DNA from: Staphylococcus sp.
GTDB lineage: Bacteria > Bacteroidota > Bacteroidia > Bacteroidales > Muribaculaceae
Assembly (NCBI GenBank): GCA_023665865.1
Contig: JAMPDC010000001.1
Coordinates: 1,649,910-1,713,909, forward strand
Reading direction: 5' to 3'
DNA length: 64,000 nucleotides
Below the pieces are notes generated by a model that worked only from the letters and a program-made list of their open reading frames with translations, was not told where the DNA came from and did no database searches. The position numbers and the translations under genes are program-made. This document shows, piece after piece, positions 18,866-28,137 of the stretch (position 1 is its first letter; every line of letters starts with the position of its first letter).

Positions 18866-20401
18866 TTAGAGATAGAGTGATTTGTTGAGCATGTAGTAGA
18901 CCTCGCCCATGCGGAGAGAGTTCTTGAACGATTCGATCTGGGTATCCTTGTCGATGTGGACCATCTCGATGCCTGCGATCTCTGCGTAGTCTTCCCAGAA
19001 TTCGGGAGTGATAGCGTAGGAGAAGCAAGAGTGGTGAGTGCCGCCTGCGAGAATCCATGCAGTAGCGCCGATCTCAAAGTTGGGCTGGGGAATCCAGAGC
19101 GCAGAAGCGACGGGGAGTTTGGGGAGGGGTTTGGATTTGATACACTCGACGTCGTTGACGATGAGGCGGAAGCGGTTGCCCATGTCGACGACGGTTGCAG
19201 TCACGCCGCTGCCGGGTTTGGAGGTGAAGACGAGACGTGCGGTCTGCGATTTGCGCACACCGATTCCGAGGAAGTGTACTTCGAGACGGGGACGCTCCTC
19301 TGCGATGAGGGGACACACTTCGAGCATGTGGGCCTGGAGGATAGAGCTGTTTTTGCCGTCGAAGTTGAGGGTGTAGTCCTCAAGGAAGGAACAACCGCCT
19401 TCCATGCCGCGGGTCATCACCCAGAGAGTGCGGTAGAGAGCTGCTGATTTCCAGTCGCCTTCGGCGCCAAAGCCATAGCCTTCGGCCATGAGGCGCTGTG
19501 ATGCGAGACCGGGGATCTGGTCGAAGCCACGGCCGGTTTCCTCGACGTTGAAGTCGCCGAGATCATCGAAGTTGGTGGTGAAGCCCTTTGCACCCTTGTC
19601 TTTGAGCATGGCGCGGAGTGTGAGCTCAGCCTTTGCGGAGTTCCATACCTTCTGATAGGCTTCGGTGTTTTTGTCTTCAAGAGCTGCGTCGTGGGCGTAA
19701 AGACGGAAGTATTCCTTCACGAGTTCGTCGACGTCGGCGTCTTTGATCTCGTCGAAATATTTCATAAGCGAGCTGAAGGGCATGTAGTCGACATGGTAGC
19801 CGAGGCGGATTTCAGCCTCTACCTTATCGCCGTCGGTTACGGCAACGTTGTTCATCTGGTCGCCGAGGCGGATGATGAGCATGTCCTGAGCGTCGGCCCA
19901 GCCGATGCAGACGCGCTGCCATACGGCGATGCGCTTGAGGGTTTCGGGATCTTTCCAGTAGCCGGTGACAACTTTGCGGCGCACACGCATGCGGGCGCAG
20001 ATGTGGCCGAACTCACGGTCGCCGTGGGCGCTCTGGTTGAGGTTCATGAAGTCCATGTCCATGCTGTCCCAGGGAATTTCTGCATTGTACTGGGTGTGGA
20101 AATGGAGGAGGGGCTTGGAGAGGACTTTGAGACCGTGGATCCACATCTTGGCGGGTGAGAAGGTGTGCATCCAGGTGATGATGCCGGCGCAACGGGGATC
20201 GTTGTTGGCGGCTTTCATGATGTCTTCTACTTCGTGTGATGAGTTTGCAGTGCCTTTGTAGACGACTTTCACAGGAAGAAGACCGGAATTGTTGAGGCCG
20301 TCGACCATTTCTTTAGAGTGAGCGTCGACTGAGACGACTGCATCGCCTCCGTAGAGGAGCTGGGCACCGGTGACCCACCATATTTCATAGTTTTCGTACA
20401 T
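18866..20401 (-). CDS. araA: L-arabinose isomerase
   Basis: WMHTFSPAKMW, LNQSAHGDRE, GFGAEGDWK, HMLEV and AGGTHH motifs. Confidence 0.97.
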   Translation of the reverse strand: MYENYEIWWVTGAQLLYGGDAVVSVDAHSKEMVDGLNNSGLLPVKVVYKGTANSSHEVEDIMKAANNDPRCAGIITWMHTFSPAKMWIHGLKVLSKPLLHFHTQYNAEIPWDSMDMDFMNLNQSAHGDREFGHICARMRVRRKVVTGYWKDPETLKRIAVWQRVCIGWADAQDMLIIRLGDQMNNVAVTDGDKVEAEIRLGYHVDYMPFSSLMKYFDEIKDADVDELVKEYFRLYAHDAALEDKNTEAYQKVWNSAKAELTLRAMLKDKGAKGFTTNFDDLGDFNVEETGRGFDQIPGLASQRLMAEGYGFGAEGDWKSAALYRTLWVMTRGMEGGCSFLEDYTLNFDGKNSSILQAHMLEVCPLIAEERPRLEVHFLGIGVRKSQTARLVFTSKPGSGVTATVVDMGNRFRLIVNDVECIKSKPLPKLPVASALWIPQPNFEIGATAWILAGGTHHSCFSYAITPEFWEDYAEIAGIEMVHIDKDTQIESFKNSLRMGEVYYMLNKSLYL

Positions 20402-20430
20402 AGTTTTTTTGATTTATTTGGGTTATTTAT

Positions 20431-21102
20431 TCAGATTTTAAATTTAGGGTGTGAGAGATAGACGTGGTCGTTGAATCGGTAGAGACTGGCTCCGCGACGC
20501 GACCCTGTCTTGTCTATGAATTCCGTTTTCTCGATGCAGTCCATCTCGGCGATGCGTTTTCGGAAATTGCGTTTGTCGAGCGTCTCGCCGAGTATGGTCT
20601 CGTAGAGCGACTGGAGCTGTGTGAGCGTGAACATGGCCGGGAGAAGGTTGAAGCCGATGGGTTCGCGCGAGCATTTGCGGCGTATGAGGCTGAGTGTCTC
20701 CTTGACCATCTGCGGATGGTCGAAGCCGAGCTGGGGGAGGTCGTGGATGTCAACCCAGACAGCCTCGTGGGTGGCGAGGAGGTCAAGGTTGTATTCGTCG
20801 GGGCCGAGCAAGGCATAGTAGGCCACGGAGATGACGCGCTCTCCCGGGTCGCGGTCGATGGCGCCAAAGGCGTGGACCTGCTCCATGTATATGTCTTCGA
20901 GGCCTGTGAGCTGGCGGAGCACACGGCGGGCGGCGTCGTCGACGCTTTCGTCCTCCTGGACAAAGCCACCCATCACCGACCACTTTCCCTTTTCAGGCTC
21001 GAAGCGGCGCTTGGTGAGGAGAAGACATAGCTTCCCCTCGACCAGGCCGAATATGATGCAATCGACTGAAACGAAAAATCTCGGATTGTTAGAATAAAAC
21101 AT
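20431..21102 (-). CDS. araR: NrtR-family (Nudix + wHTH) regulator AraR
   Basis: SVDCIIFG, GGFV..DES, RDPGERVIS, FTLTQLQ and DKRNFRK motifs. Located within the ara operon. Confidence 0.9.
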   Translation of the reverse strand: MFYSNNPRFFVSVDCIIFGLVEGKLCLLLTKRRFEPEKGKWSVMGGFVQEDESVDDAARRVLRQLTGLEDIYMEQVHAFGAIDRDPGERVISVAYYALLGPDEYNLDLLATHEAVWVDIHDLPQLGFDHPQMVKETLSLIRRKCSREPIGFNLLPAMFTLTQLQSLYETILGETLDKRNFRKRIAEMDCIEKTEFIDKTGSRRGASLYRFNDHVYLSHPKFKI

Positions 21103-21130
21103 CTGCGACGGTATCAGAGTTTAGTGTCGG

Positions 21131-22834
21131 TTACCAGAAGTAGATGTAGAAGGCTACTGTGATGCCGAGGATGATGATGGAGTTGATGACATCCCAGGCG
21201 TTCCAGCTTGCACGGGTGGCGGCACGCTGTTCGGCGGTCGATGTGCCGAACACGAGGCCCTGGATCTTGGTAGGTTCTGGAGCCTTGGTGCAGAGCGATA
21301 CTATGATGCCGACCGCGAGACAGAAGACGAGCATCCATCCGCAGAAGAAGAGCCAGTTGCAGTCATAGAAGAGATACTGGAACCATGAACCGTCCTCGCC
21401 GGGGATGACAGCTGCGTTGCTGTAGTAGACCTTGGCTCCGAGGCGGGTGAGGCCGATGATGAGGCCGGAGAGGAGGGCCCACATGCCGCCGAGGGCTGTG
21501 GCGCGCTTCCAGAGGATGCCGATGAGGAAGGCTGCGGCGATACCGGGAGCGAGAACTGACTGGACATCCTGGAGATAGAGATAGAGGACGTCGCCGACGG
21601 AACGCATCACGGGAATCCAGAGGATGCCGAGGATCACAATGACGACAGTGGCTGCCTGACCGATGCGCACGAGTTTCTTCGGGTCGGTCTTCGGTCGGAA
21701 ACGCTGGTAGAAGTCAATGGTGAAGAGGGCTGCAGAAGAGTTGAAGAGCGATGCGAGCGATGACATGAGCGCCGCAAGGATACCGCAGACGATGAGACCC
21801 TTGACGCCGGCCGGGAGGAGCTTGGCCACGAGGGTGGGGAAGGCGGCGTCGGAGTTGACGTTGCCGTTGGCGAGCATCGGGAGGAAGCCCTCGCTACCTG
21901 CGGCGATGTGCTGCTGGTGGATAGCAAAGGCGATCATGCCGGGGATGAGGAAGAGGAACACGGGGAGAAGCTTGAGATAGGCTCCGAAGATGGTGCCTCG
22001 GCGTGCTTCTTTCTCATCTTTTCCGGAGAGGACGCGCTGTACGATGAATTGGTCGGTACACCAGTACCAGAAACCGATGACAGCCGAGCCTATGAGGGCA
22101 CCGAGCCAGGGATAGTTGGGGTCGTTGTTGTCGCGGATAAGGTTGACCATCGAGTCACCGTAGTCATTGACCTTGACTTCAGAGCAGATTCTCATCATTT
22201 CGTCCCAGCCGCCGAGTTCTTTGAGTCCGAGCACGAGGATAATGAGCGAGCCGAGAAGCAGGATGGGAGTCTGGAGAACTGAGGTGTAGAGGACAGATTT
22301 CATACCGCCGAAGATGGTGTAGAGAGCGGTGATGAGGACGAGTCCGATGGCTGCGATCCAGAAGAAGTCGATGCCCCAGAGCTGTTCGATGCCGAACACC
22401 TGCTGGAATACGAGGCCGCCGGCATAGACGGTCACAGCTACTTTGGTGAGCACGTAGCTGATGAGTGAGATTGTCGCAAGGATTGTGCGCGACTGCGGAT
22501 TGAATCGACGTTCGAGGAATTCAGGCATGGTGTAGACCATGGAGCGGGTGTAGAAGGGCACGAATACCCAGCCGAGCAGAAGGATCATCCAGCCCTGGAT
22601 TTCCCAGTGGGCCATAGCCATGCCGGCTGAGGCACCTGAGCCTGCGAGACCGATGAGGTGTTCCGATCCGATGTTTGAAGCGAAGATTGAGGCGCCGATT
22701 GCAATCCATGTTGCGTCCTTGCCTCCGAGGAAGTAGTCAGCGGCGTTGTTTTGTTTCTGACGCATTACCCATACGATGACTCCGATGAGTGCGAGCGCGA
22801 AGATGCCGATGACAAGCCAGTCAAGAAATGCCAT
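21131..22834 (-). CDS. araP: Sodium:solute symporter (arabinose permease)
   Basis: SSS motifs ASNIGSEH, WYWCTDQFIVQR and ALMSSLAS. Confidence 0.88.
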   Translation of the reverse strand: MAFLDWLVIGIFALALIGVIVWVMRQKQNNAADYFLGGKDATWIAIGASIFASNIGSEHLIGLAGSGASAGMAMAHWEIQGWMILLLGWVFVPFYTRSMVYTMPEFLERRFNPQSRTILATISLISYVLTKVAVTVYAGGLVFQQVFGIEQLWGIDFFWIAAIGLVLITALYTIFGGMKSVLYTSVLQTPILLLGSLIILVLGLKELGGWDEMMRICSEVKVNDYGDSMVNLIRDNNDPNYPWLGALIGSAVIGFWYWCTDQFIVQRVLSGKDEKEARRGTIFGAYLKLLPVFLFLIPGMIAFAIHQQHIAAGSEGFLPMLANGNVNSDAAFPTLVAKLLPAGVKGLIVCGILAALMSSLASLFNSSAALFTIDFYQRFRPKTDPKKLVRIGQAATVVIVILGILWIPVMRSVGDVLYLYLQDVQSVLAPGIAAAFLIGILWKRATALGGMWALLSGLIIGLTRLGAKVYYSNAAVIPGEDGSWFQYLFYDCNWLFFCGWMLVFCLAVGIIVSLCTKAPEPTKIQGLVFGTSTAEQRAATRASWNAWDVINSIIILGITVAFYIYFW

Positions 22835-22881
22835 AGTTTTTGGTATTGATTACAGTATTTAGAAGATTAAAAAAACAGTTG

Positions 22882-24033
22882 TTATTTGTCGTTTGAGAAA
22901 GCAAACACTGTGTGGCTCTTGTATGTGTCGCCGGGACGGAGGAGAGTTGAGGGCCATTCGGGTTTGTTGGGGCTGTCGGGGTAGTGCTGGGTCTCGAGGC
23001 AGATGCCTGTGCGCTGGTTGATCACCTTGTTCTGCTTGCCGGTGATGGTGCCGTCGAGGAAGTTGCCTGAATAGACCTGAATACCGGGCTCGTCAGTGTA
23101 GACAGTGAGCACGATGCTGGTCTCAGGCGATGAGAGGATGGCTGCGGGGACGTTGATGTCGCCCTTGGTGTCGAGGACCCAGTTATGGTCATATCCGTTG
23201 CCGTTGCGGATCTGCTCGTCGTCGGCGTTGATCTCCTGTCCGACGGGCTTAGGCGCTGTGAAATCCATGGGCGAACCGGCCACGGGACGGATTTCGCCTG
23301 TTGTCATATAGGTTGAGTCGACCGGAGTGAAGTTGGCAGCGTTGACATAGAGGAGATTGTCGGTGATAGGTTTCGCCGGGTCGCCGTTAAGGTTGAAGTA
23401 GGCATGATTGGTCATGTTGATGACTGTAGGTTTGTCGGTAGTTGCTTCGTAGGCGATGTCGAGGCGGTTGTCGGAAGTGAGAGTGTAGGTGACGGTCGCA
23501 GTGACATTGCCCGGGAAGTTGTTGTCTCCGTCCGGAGAGTGCATAGTGAGGACTACTGTAGAGTCATTGGGCTGTTCTGCGTCGTAGACTTGATATTGCC
23601 AGCCTGTCGGACCTCCGTGGAGGCAGTGTCCGAAGTTGTTGGTGGGGAGCTGGATGGTGTCGCCATCGATGACGAGGCGTCCGTGGTCGATGCGGTTGGC
23701 ATAGCGGCCGATGGAAGCGCAGAAGTCTGTCTCGTTGTTTTCGGGATAGTAGGCGGCTATGCTGTCGAATCCGAGCACAACATCGCGGAGTTGTCCGTCA
23801 TTGGCCGGAACCATGAGGGAGACTATGCGGCCTCCGAAGTTGGTGATGCAGGCTTCCATGCCGTTGGAATTCTCAAGAACGTAGAGGGCCGTTTGCTTGC
23901 CGTTGTATTCGCTGTTGAATTTCTGCGGGTCAAGACCGGATTTTGTCAGAGTGGCTTTTTCGTTGCCGCAGGATGAGATGAAGAGAGCTGCGCCGGCTCC
24001 GATAGCCGCGATGGTGAGTGGAATTCTTTTCAT
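22882..24033 (-). CDS. araM: Aldose 1-epimerase (mutarotase), lipoprotein
   Basis: GRYANRI, HGG, NMTNHAYFNL, GYDHN and CLETQHYPD motifs. Lipobox ISSC. Confidence 0.92.
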   Translation of the reverse strand: MKRIPLTIAAIGAGAALFISSCGNEKATLTKSGLDPQKFNSEYNGKQTALYVLENSNGMEACITNFGGRIVSLMVPANDGQLRDVVLGFDSIAAYYPENNETDFCASIGRYANRIDHGRLVIDGDTIQLPTNNFGHCLHGGPTGWQYQVYDAEQPNDSTVVLTMHSPDGDNNFPGNVTATVTYTLTSDNRLDIAYEATTDKPTVINMTNHAYFNLNGDPAKPITDNLLYVNAANFTPVDSTYMTTGEIRPVAGSPMDFTAPKPVGQEINADDEQIRNGNGYDHNWVLDTKGDINVPAAILSSPETSIVLTVYTDEPGIQVYSGNFLDGTITGKQNKVINQRTGICLETQHYPDSPNKPEWPSTLLRPGDTYKSHTVFAFSNDK

Positions 24034-24112
24034 GAATTGATGTAAGTGATTAGGTATTAGTGGGATGCTGAGTGTTGACGGGCTGTTGGGGATGAGAGAT
24101 AGGTCATCTTAT

Positions 24113-24137
24113 AATAAGTGTAAAATCTACACTTATT
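24113..24137. promoter_or_regulatory. AraR operator palindrome
   Basis: AATAAGTGTA-aaatc-TACACTTATT, with perfect 10-bp arms and the NrtR-type GT-N7-AC core, just downstream of the ara promoter. Confidence 0.8.
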
Positions 24138-24145
24138 TCATATTG

Positions 24146-24176
24146 CAAATATAGTATAGGTTTATCTTCTTGCAAA
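24146..24176 (-). promoter_or_regulatory. sigmaA promoter of araMPRAB
   Basis: Minus strand: TTTG (24176-24173), N19, TATATTTG (24153-24146). Confidence 0.8.
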
Positions 24177-24207
24177 ATAATTTTTTATGTTTAACAACAT
24201 AAAAATG

Positions 24208-24251
24208 AAAAACCTCTGCCATACTCACTGTTATGTGGCTTGGCAGAGGTT
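24208..24251 (-). terminator. Terminator of rng
   Basis: aacctctgcca / tggcagaggtt stem with a T-run on the minus strand. Confidence 0.7.
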
Positions 24252-24332
24252 GATGTCTGTTGTTTAGGTCTCGGGATGTAACTGCTGATACATATATGGT
24301 GTGTGTATCCAGGCGTCGTGTGAGACCGGCAG

Positions 24333-25955
24333 CTAATCTTCTTTGGCTCGGTTCTTAGCTTTTGATTTAGATTTAGATGCCGAGGAGTCCATGTCTTTTT
24401 CTTCCTTGAGGTCGATTTCATTACGGTTATGGTCGACGACTTTATATTGGAGGTAGGCGAGTGACTCGTCGGGGATGATGCGGAAGTTGAATCCGAATTC
24501 AAGTTGCCAACGGCGATAGAGCGAGGGGAAGCCTTTTTTGAGGTAGGCCGACACGAACGGGTGGACGTAGAGAATGAAATTTTTGATTCTCAGAGTGTTG
24601 ACGAGATAGTCGAGCTTTTCGTGGAGCGTGTCGGGAAACAGGAGCGAGGGGCGGACTTCGCCTTTGCCATGACATGAGGGACACTCCTCTGAGGTGTCGA
24701 TGTCAAGTGCGGGACGGACGCGTTGGCGGGTGATTTGCATCAGACCGAATTTGCTGAGAGGCAGGATGTTGTGGCGGGCACGGTCATTGGCCATGACTTC
24801 GCGCATGTGCTCATAGAGTTTCTGGCGATGTTCGGCCTTGTTCATGTCGATGAAGTCGATGACGATTATGCCGCCCATGTCGCGCAGTCGGAGCTGGCGT
24901 GCTATTTCGTCGGCGGCACGGAGGTTGACTTCAAGCGCGTTGCTCTCCTGGTCGGGAGCGGCTTTCGAGCGGTTGCCTGAGTTGACGTCTATGACGTGGA
25001 GCGCTTCAGTGTGTTCGATGATGACGTAGGCACCCGATTTGAAAGAGACTGTCTTTCCGAATGACGATTTGATCTGTCGGGTGATGTTGAAGTGGTCAAA
25101 GATGGGCACATTGTCGTCGTAGAACTTGACTATGTCTTTGCTTTCCGGCGAAATGAGGTTGACATACTTTGAGATCTGACTGAAAATTTCCTTGTCGTTG
25201 ACGTGGATGCTCTCGAATGTCGGGCTGAAGACGTCGCGGAGCATTCCGACGATTCTGCTCTCTTCCTCAAATATGAGTGCGGGGGCGGTGGCAGTGCGTG
25301 CTTTGGCGACTGTTTCTTCCCAGCAGCGGAGCAGGGTCTTGAGTTCGTGGTGGAGTTCGCGGACGCTTTTTCCTTCAGCTGAAGTGCGGATGATGACCCC
25401 GAAGTTTTTGGGCTTGATGCTTTCGATGAGCTGGCGGAGGCGGAGTTTTTCCTCCGTAGTCTTGATTTTCTGTGAGATTGAGATTTTGTCGCCGAAAGGA
25501 ATCAACACCATGTAGCGTCCGGTGAATGTGATTTCGGTTGTCAGACGAGGGCCTTTGGATGATATCGGCTCCTTGACAATCTGGACCATCAGTTCCTGGC
25601 CCGGTTCGAGCACATTGGTGATGGAGCCGTGCTTGTCAATGTCGGGAAGGCGCTTGATTTTAGAAATGGTGGTGTCGGGTTTCTTGTCGACGAGGAGTGC
25701 CTTAAGGAAGGCTGAGTAAGTTGAAAACTGTGAACCGAGATCCAAATAATGAAGAAAAGCGTCCTTTTCGTAGCCTACGTTGACGAAGGCGGCATTGAGG
25801 CCTGGCATCAGTTTCTTGACTTTTGCCAGATAGATGTCACCGACGGCGTAGGCGATGTTGCGCGCTTCCTTCTGTAGGGAAACGAGCCGTGAGTCCTCAA
25901 GCAAGGCTATGGAAACCTCGCTGGGCTGTACGTCTACAATTAGTTCACTCTTCAT
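24333..25955 (-). CDS. rng: Ribonuclease E/G family
   Basis: S1 domain (PGLNAAFV, KGPRLT), VIDVNSG, RLRDMGGIIVIDFIDM and the Zn-link CPSCHG. Confidence 0.95.
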   Translation of the reverse strand: MKSELIVDVQPSEVSIALLEDSRLVSLQKEARNIAYAVGDIYLAKVKKLMPGLNAAFVNVGYEKDAFLHYLDLGSQFSTYSAFLKALLVDKKPDTTISKIKRLPDIDKHGSITNVLEPGQELMVQIVKEPISSKGPRLTTEITFTGRYMVLIPFGDKISISQKIKTTEEKLRLRQLIESIKPKNFGVIIRTSAEGKSVRELHHELKTLLRCWEETVAKARTATAPALIFEEESRIVGMLRDVFSPTFESIHVNDKEIFSQISKYVNLISPESKDIVKFYDDNVPIFDHFNITRQIKSSFGKTVSFKSGAYVIIEHTEALHVIDVNSGNRSKAAPDQESNALEVNLRAADEIARQLRLRDMGGIIVIDFIDMNKAEHRQKLYEHMREVMANDRARHNILPLSKFGLMQITRQRVRPALDIDTSEECPSCHGKGEVRPSLLFPDTLHEKLDYLVNTLRIKNFILYVHPFVSAYLKKGFPSLYRRWQLEFGFNFRIIPDESLAYLQYKVVDHNRNEIDLKEEKDMDSSASKSKSKAKNRAKED

Positions 25956-26060
25956 TAGTCGGTTGTGTGTGGATCTTTTAAAAGATTCTTTGGTTGGGGT
26001 GAGAGGTGGAGGGTTGCTGGCGCGGCTGTCGTGTCAGCGGGAACGTTGGTCTGACGTAAC

Positions 26061-26127
26061 AACGCAAAGAACAAACCTTTAGGGGGCTTCCTGTGGGCGC
26101 GCCGTTAAAGAGTTTGTTCTTTGTGTT
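26061..26127 (-). other. Long hairpin between the bS22 gene and rng
   Basis: aacgcaaagaacaaaccttta ... taaagagtttgttctttgtgtt. Confidence 0.7.
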
Positions 26128-26166
26128 ATTTACGCATCTACGCAAGAAGTTTGTAGCCGGGACTAC

Positions 26167-26256
26167 TTATTTCTTCTTGTGACGGTTTTTGCGAAGGCGT
26201 TTTTTACGCTTGTGTGTGGCCATCTTGTGACCTTTTCTTTTTTTTCCGCTGGGCAT
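26167..26256 (-). CDS. Small basic ribosomal protein bS22/mS38 (AURKAIP1/COX24-like), 29 aa; absent from the ORF track
   Basis: My translation: MPSGKKRKGHKMATHKRKKRLRKNRHKKK*. Matches the KKRxxxMxxHKxxKxLRxxR pattern. A-rich start context. Confidence 0.85.
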   Translation of the reverse strand: MPSGKKRKGHKMATHKRKKRLRKNRHKKK

Positions 26257-26305
26257 AGTTGGAATGATTTATGTTATAGTTGACAATAGATGTTGTTTCT
26301 GTTTT

Positions 26306-26587
26306 TTATTTGAGGTCTTTTACCTCTTCCATGAACACCTTTGCAGGCTTGAAAGCGGGGATGCGGTGCTCGGGGATGATGATGGTGGTGTTCTTTGAGA
26401 TGTTGCGGGCGGTTTTCTCAGAACGAACCTTGGTGATGAAGCTACCGAAACCACGGAGGTAGACGTTTTCGCCGTGTGAGAGTGACTCCTTCACGGTTTC
26501 CATGAACTTTTCAATGGTTTCGAGCACATTGGCCTTGTCGATGCCGGTAGATTTCGAAATCTCGTTGACGATGTCAGCTTTAGTCAT
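26306..26587 (-). CDS. hup: HU/IHF-family DNA-binding protein
   Basis: MTKADIV, LRGFGSF, ARN and PAFKP motifs. Confidence 0.95.
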   Translation of the reverse strand: MTKADIVNEISKSTGIDKANVLETIEKFMETVKESLSHGENVYLRGFGSFITKVRSEKTARNISKNTTIIIPEHRIPAFKPAKVFMEEVKDLK

Positions 26588-26741
26588 TACAATATTAATT
26601 TATAATTGGTTAATATCTTTGATGTTGCGACTTTGCGGGTCGCTGGTTTTTTGCAAGTGCAAATATCGGAACTTTTTTTGAATTTTTCGCTATATTTCAA
26701 GTAAAAAATTGGATAAAATTCACTTTCTCACCACTTTAGGG

Positions 26742-27461
26742 CTATTGGTGGGGGATAAGGCTCTCCAAATAGCACAGGCGGGGCGTCACGAGATAGGTCC
26801 CGGCGTCGGATATTTGCGTGGCGGCGGGATCGAGGTGGATGGCGTTCCAGCCTGAGCGGATGGCCCCCTCAATGTCTGTCGAGCGGTTGTCTCCAACCAT
26901 TGTGTGAGCCTCTGGGTCATTGTTGCCGGCCCGCTCCATGGCATAGACATAGAGTCGTGTATCGGGTTTGTTGACTCCAATGTCGTCACTGAGCACTACG
27001 AGGTCCACCAGCGGAGCAAGGCCTGTGTTGGTGAGTTTGCGGTGTTGCACATCGGTGAAGCCGTTGCTTAATATACCTATATTATAATCGTGCGCGCGCA
27101 AGTGGGTGAGGATTTCCCTGGCTCCGTCGATGAGTGCAGTCTGTTCGGCGAGGCGAGTGAGGTAGATTTCATCAAGCTCCCATGAGAATTCGCGTAGTTT
27201 CTCCTCTCCGTCAGTCCAATGCGGGCGGAGTGGGGTGGCGAAACGGTCGCAGCGCAGGAAGTCCTGCGTGATTTCTGCGCGGCTGTAGCGGTCCCACAGC
27301 GAGTGGTTGTGAGTCTCATAGGTCGCAACCCATTCGTCCTGGTCCGGATAATAGCGGTCCAGTCCACACTCCTGGTGGATGATGCGCAGGGCCATCCGCG
27401 AGTTGGTGTGGAAGTCGACGAGCGTGTCGTCAAGATCAAACCATATCCATTTAGAGTTCAT
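26742..27461 (-). CDS. YjjG-like HAD nucleotidase
   Basis: Start MNSKWIWFDLDDTLVDF (ATG 27461). LSNG, KP and VGD...DI HAD motifs. Confidence 0.85.
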   Translation of the reverse strand: MNSKWIWFDLDDTLVDFHTNSRMALRIIHQECGLDRYYPDQDEWVATYETHNHSLWDRYSRAEITQDFLRCDRFATPLRPHWTDGEEKLREFSWELDEIYLTRLAEQTALIDGAREILTHLRAHDYNIGILSNGFTDVQHRKLTNTGLAPLVDLVVLSDDIGVNKPDTRLYVYAMERAGNNDPEAHTMVGDNRSTDIEGAIRSGWNAIHLDPAATQISDAGTYLVTPRLCYLESLIPHQ

Positions 27462-28137
27462 TGAATTTCCACCATTTATATGACATGTCCGGAGAGTCAG
27501 TGACGTCGCCCCCCTCATGGTCGCGGAGGAATCTGACGGCACGCAGCGTGACGGGCAGGATTAATATTTCGTAGAATGTCTTAAGGAATGTCTGGGTGAG
27601 TATCAGCAGTCCTATCTCTGTCCATGGCAGTATCCCTCCGAAGGCTATCGGAAAGAAGATGACCGAATCGACGCCTTCACCCCAGAGCGAGGATACGATC
27701 GCGCGCAGTGAGAAGCGTCGGCCTCCGGAGGCTACCTTCATGCGCGACATGACATAAGCGTTGACCATCGAGCCGCAGAGAAATGCGATGAAACTCGCGG
27801 CAAAGATGCGTGGAACAGCTCCAAAGATTGTGACCATCGCATCCTGGCCGTTCCAGGAGTCCGCTCCCGGAAGCCAGATTCCGATCTGGAGCAGGAGAGA
27901 GACGAAGAGATTCATCGCAAAGCCAAGCCAGATGACGAGGCGCGCCTTGCCGAAGCCGTAGACTTCGACGATGCAGTCGTTGAGAATATAGGAGATGGGA
28001 AAGACGATGACACCGGCTGTGATGGTCAGCGGACCGAGGTCGACTGTCTTTATCTCCATGAGGTTGCTGACGATCAGGCAGACACAGAAGGTGACTGCGA
28101 GCAGCATGAAGGTGACAGAGATTTTCACTTTGCTCAT
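27451..28137 (-). CDS. Queuosine precursor transporter (YhhQ/Vut_1 family)
   Basis: FPISYILNDCIVEVYG, PRIFAAS, RAIVSS and DSVIF motifs. Confidence 0.88.
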   Translation of the reverse strand: MSKVKISVTFMLLAVTFCVCLIVSNLMEIKTVDLGPLTITAGVIVFPISYILNDCIVEVYGFGKARLVIWLGFAMNLFVSLLLQIGIWLPGADSWNGQDAMVTIFGAVPRIFAASFIAFLCGSMVNAYVMSRMKVASGGRRFSLRAIVSSLWGEGVDSVIFFPIAFGGILPWTEIGLLILTQTFLKTFYEILILPVTLRAVRFLRDHEGGDVTDSPDMSYKWWKFNEL

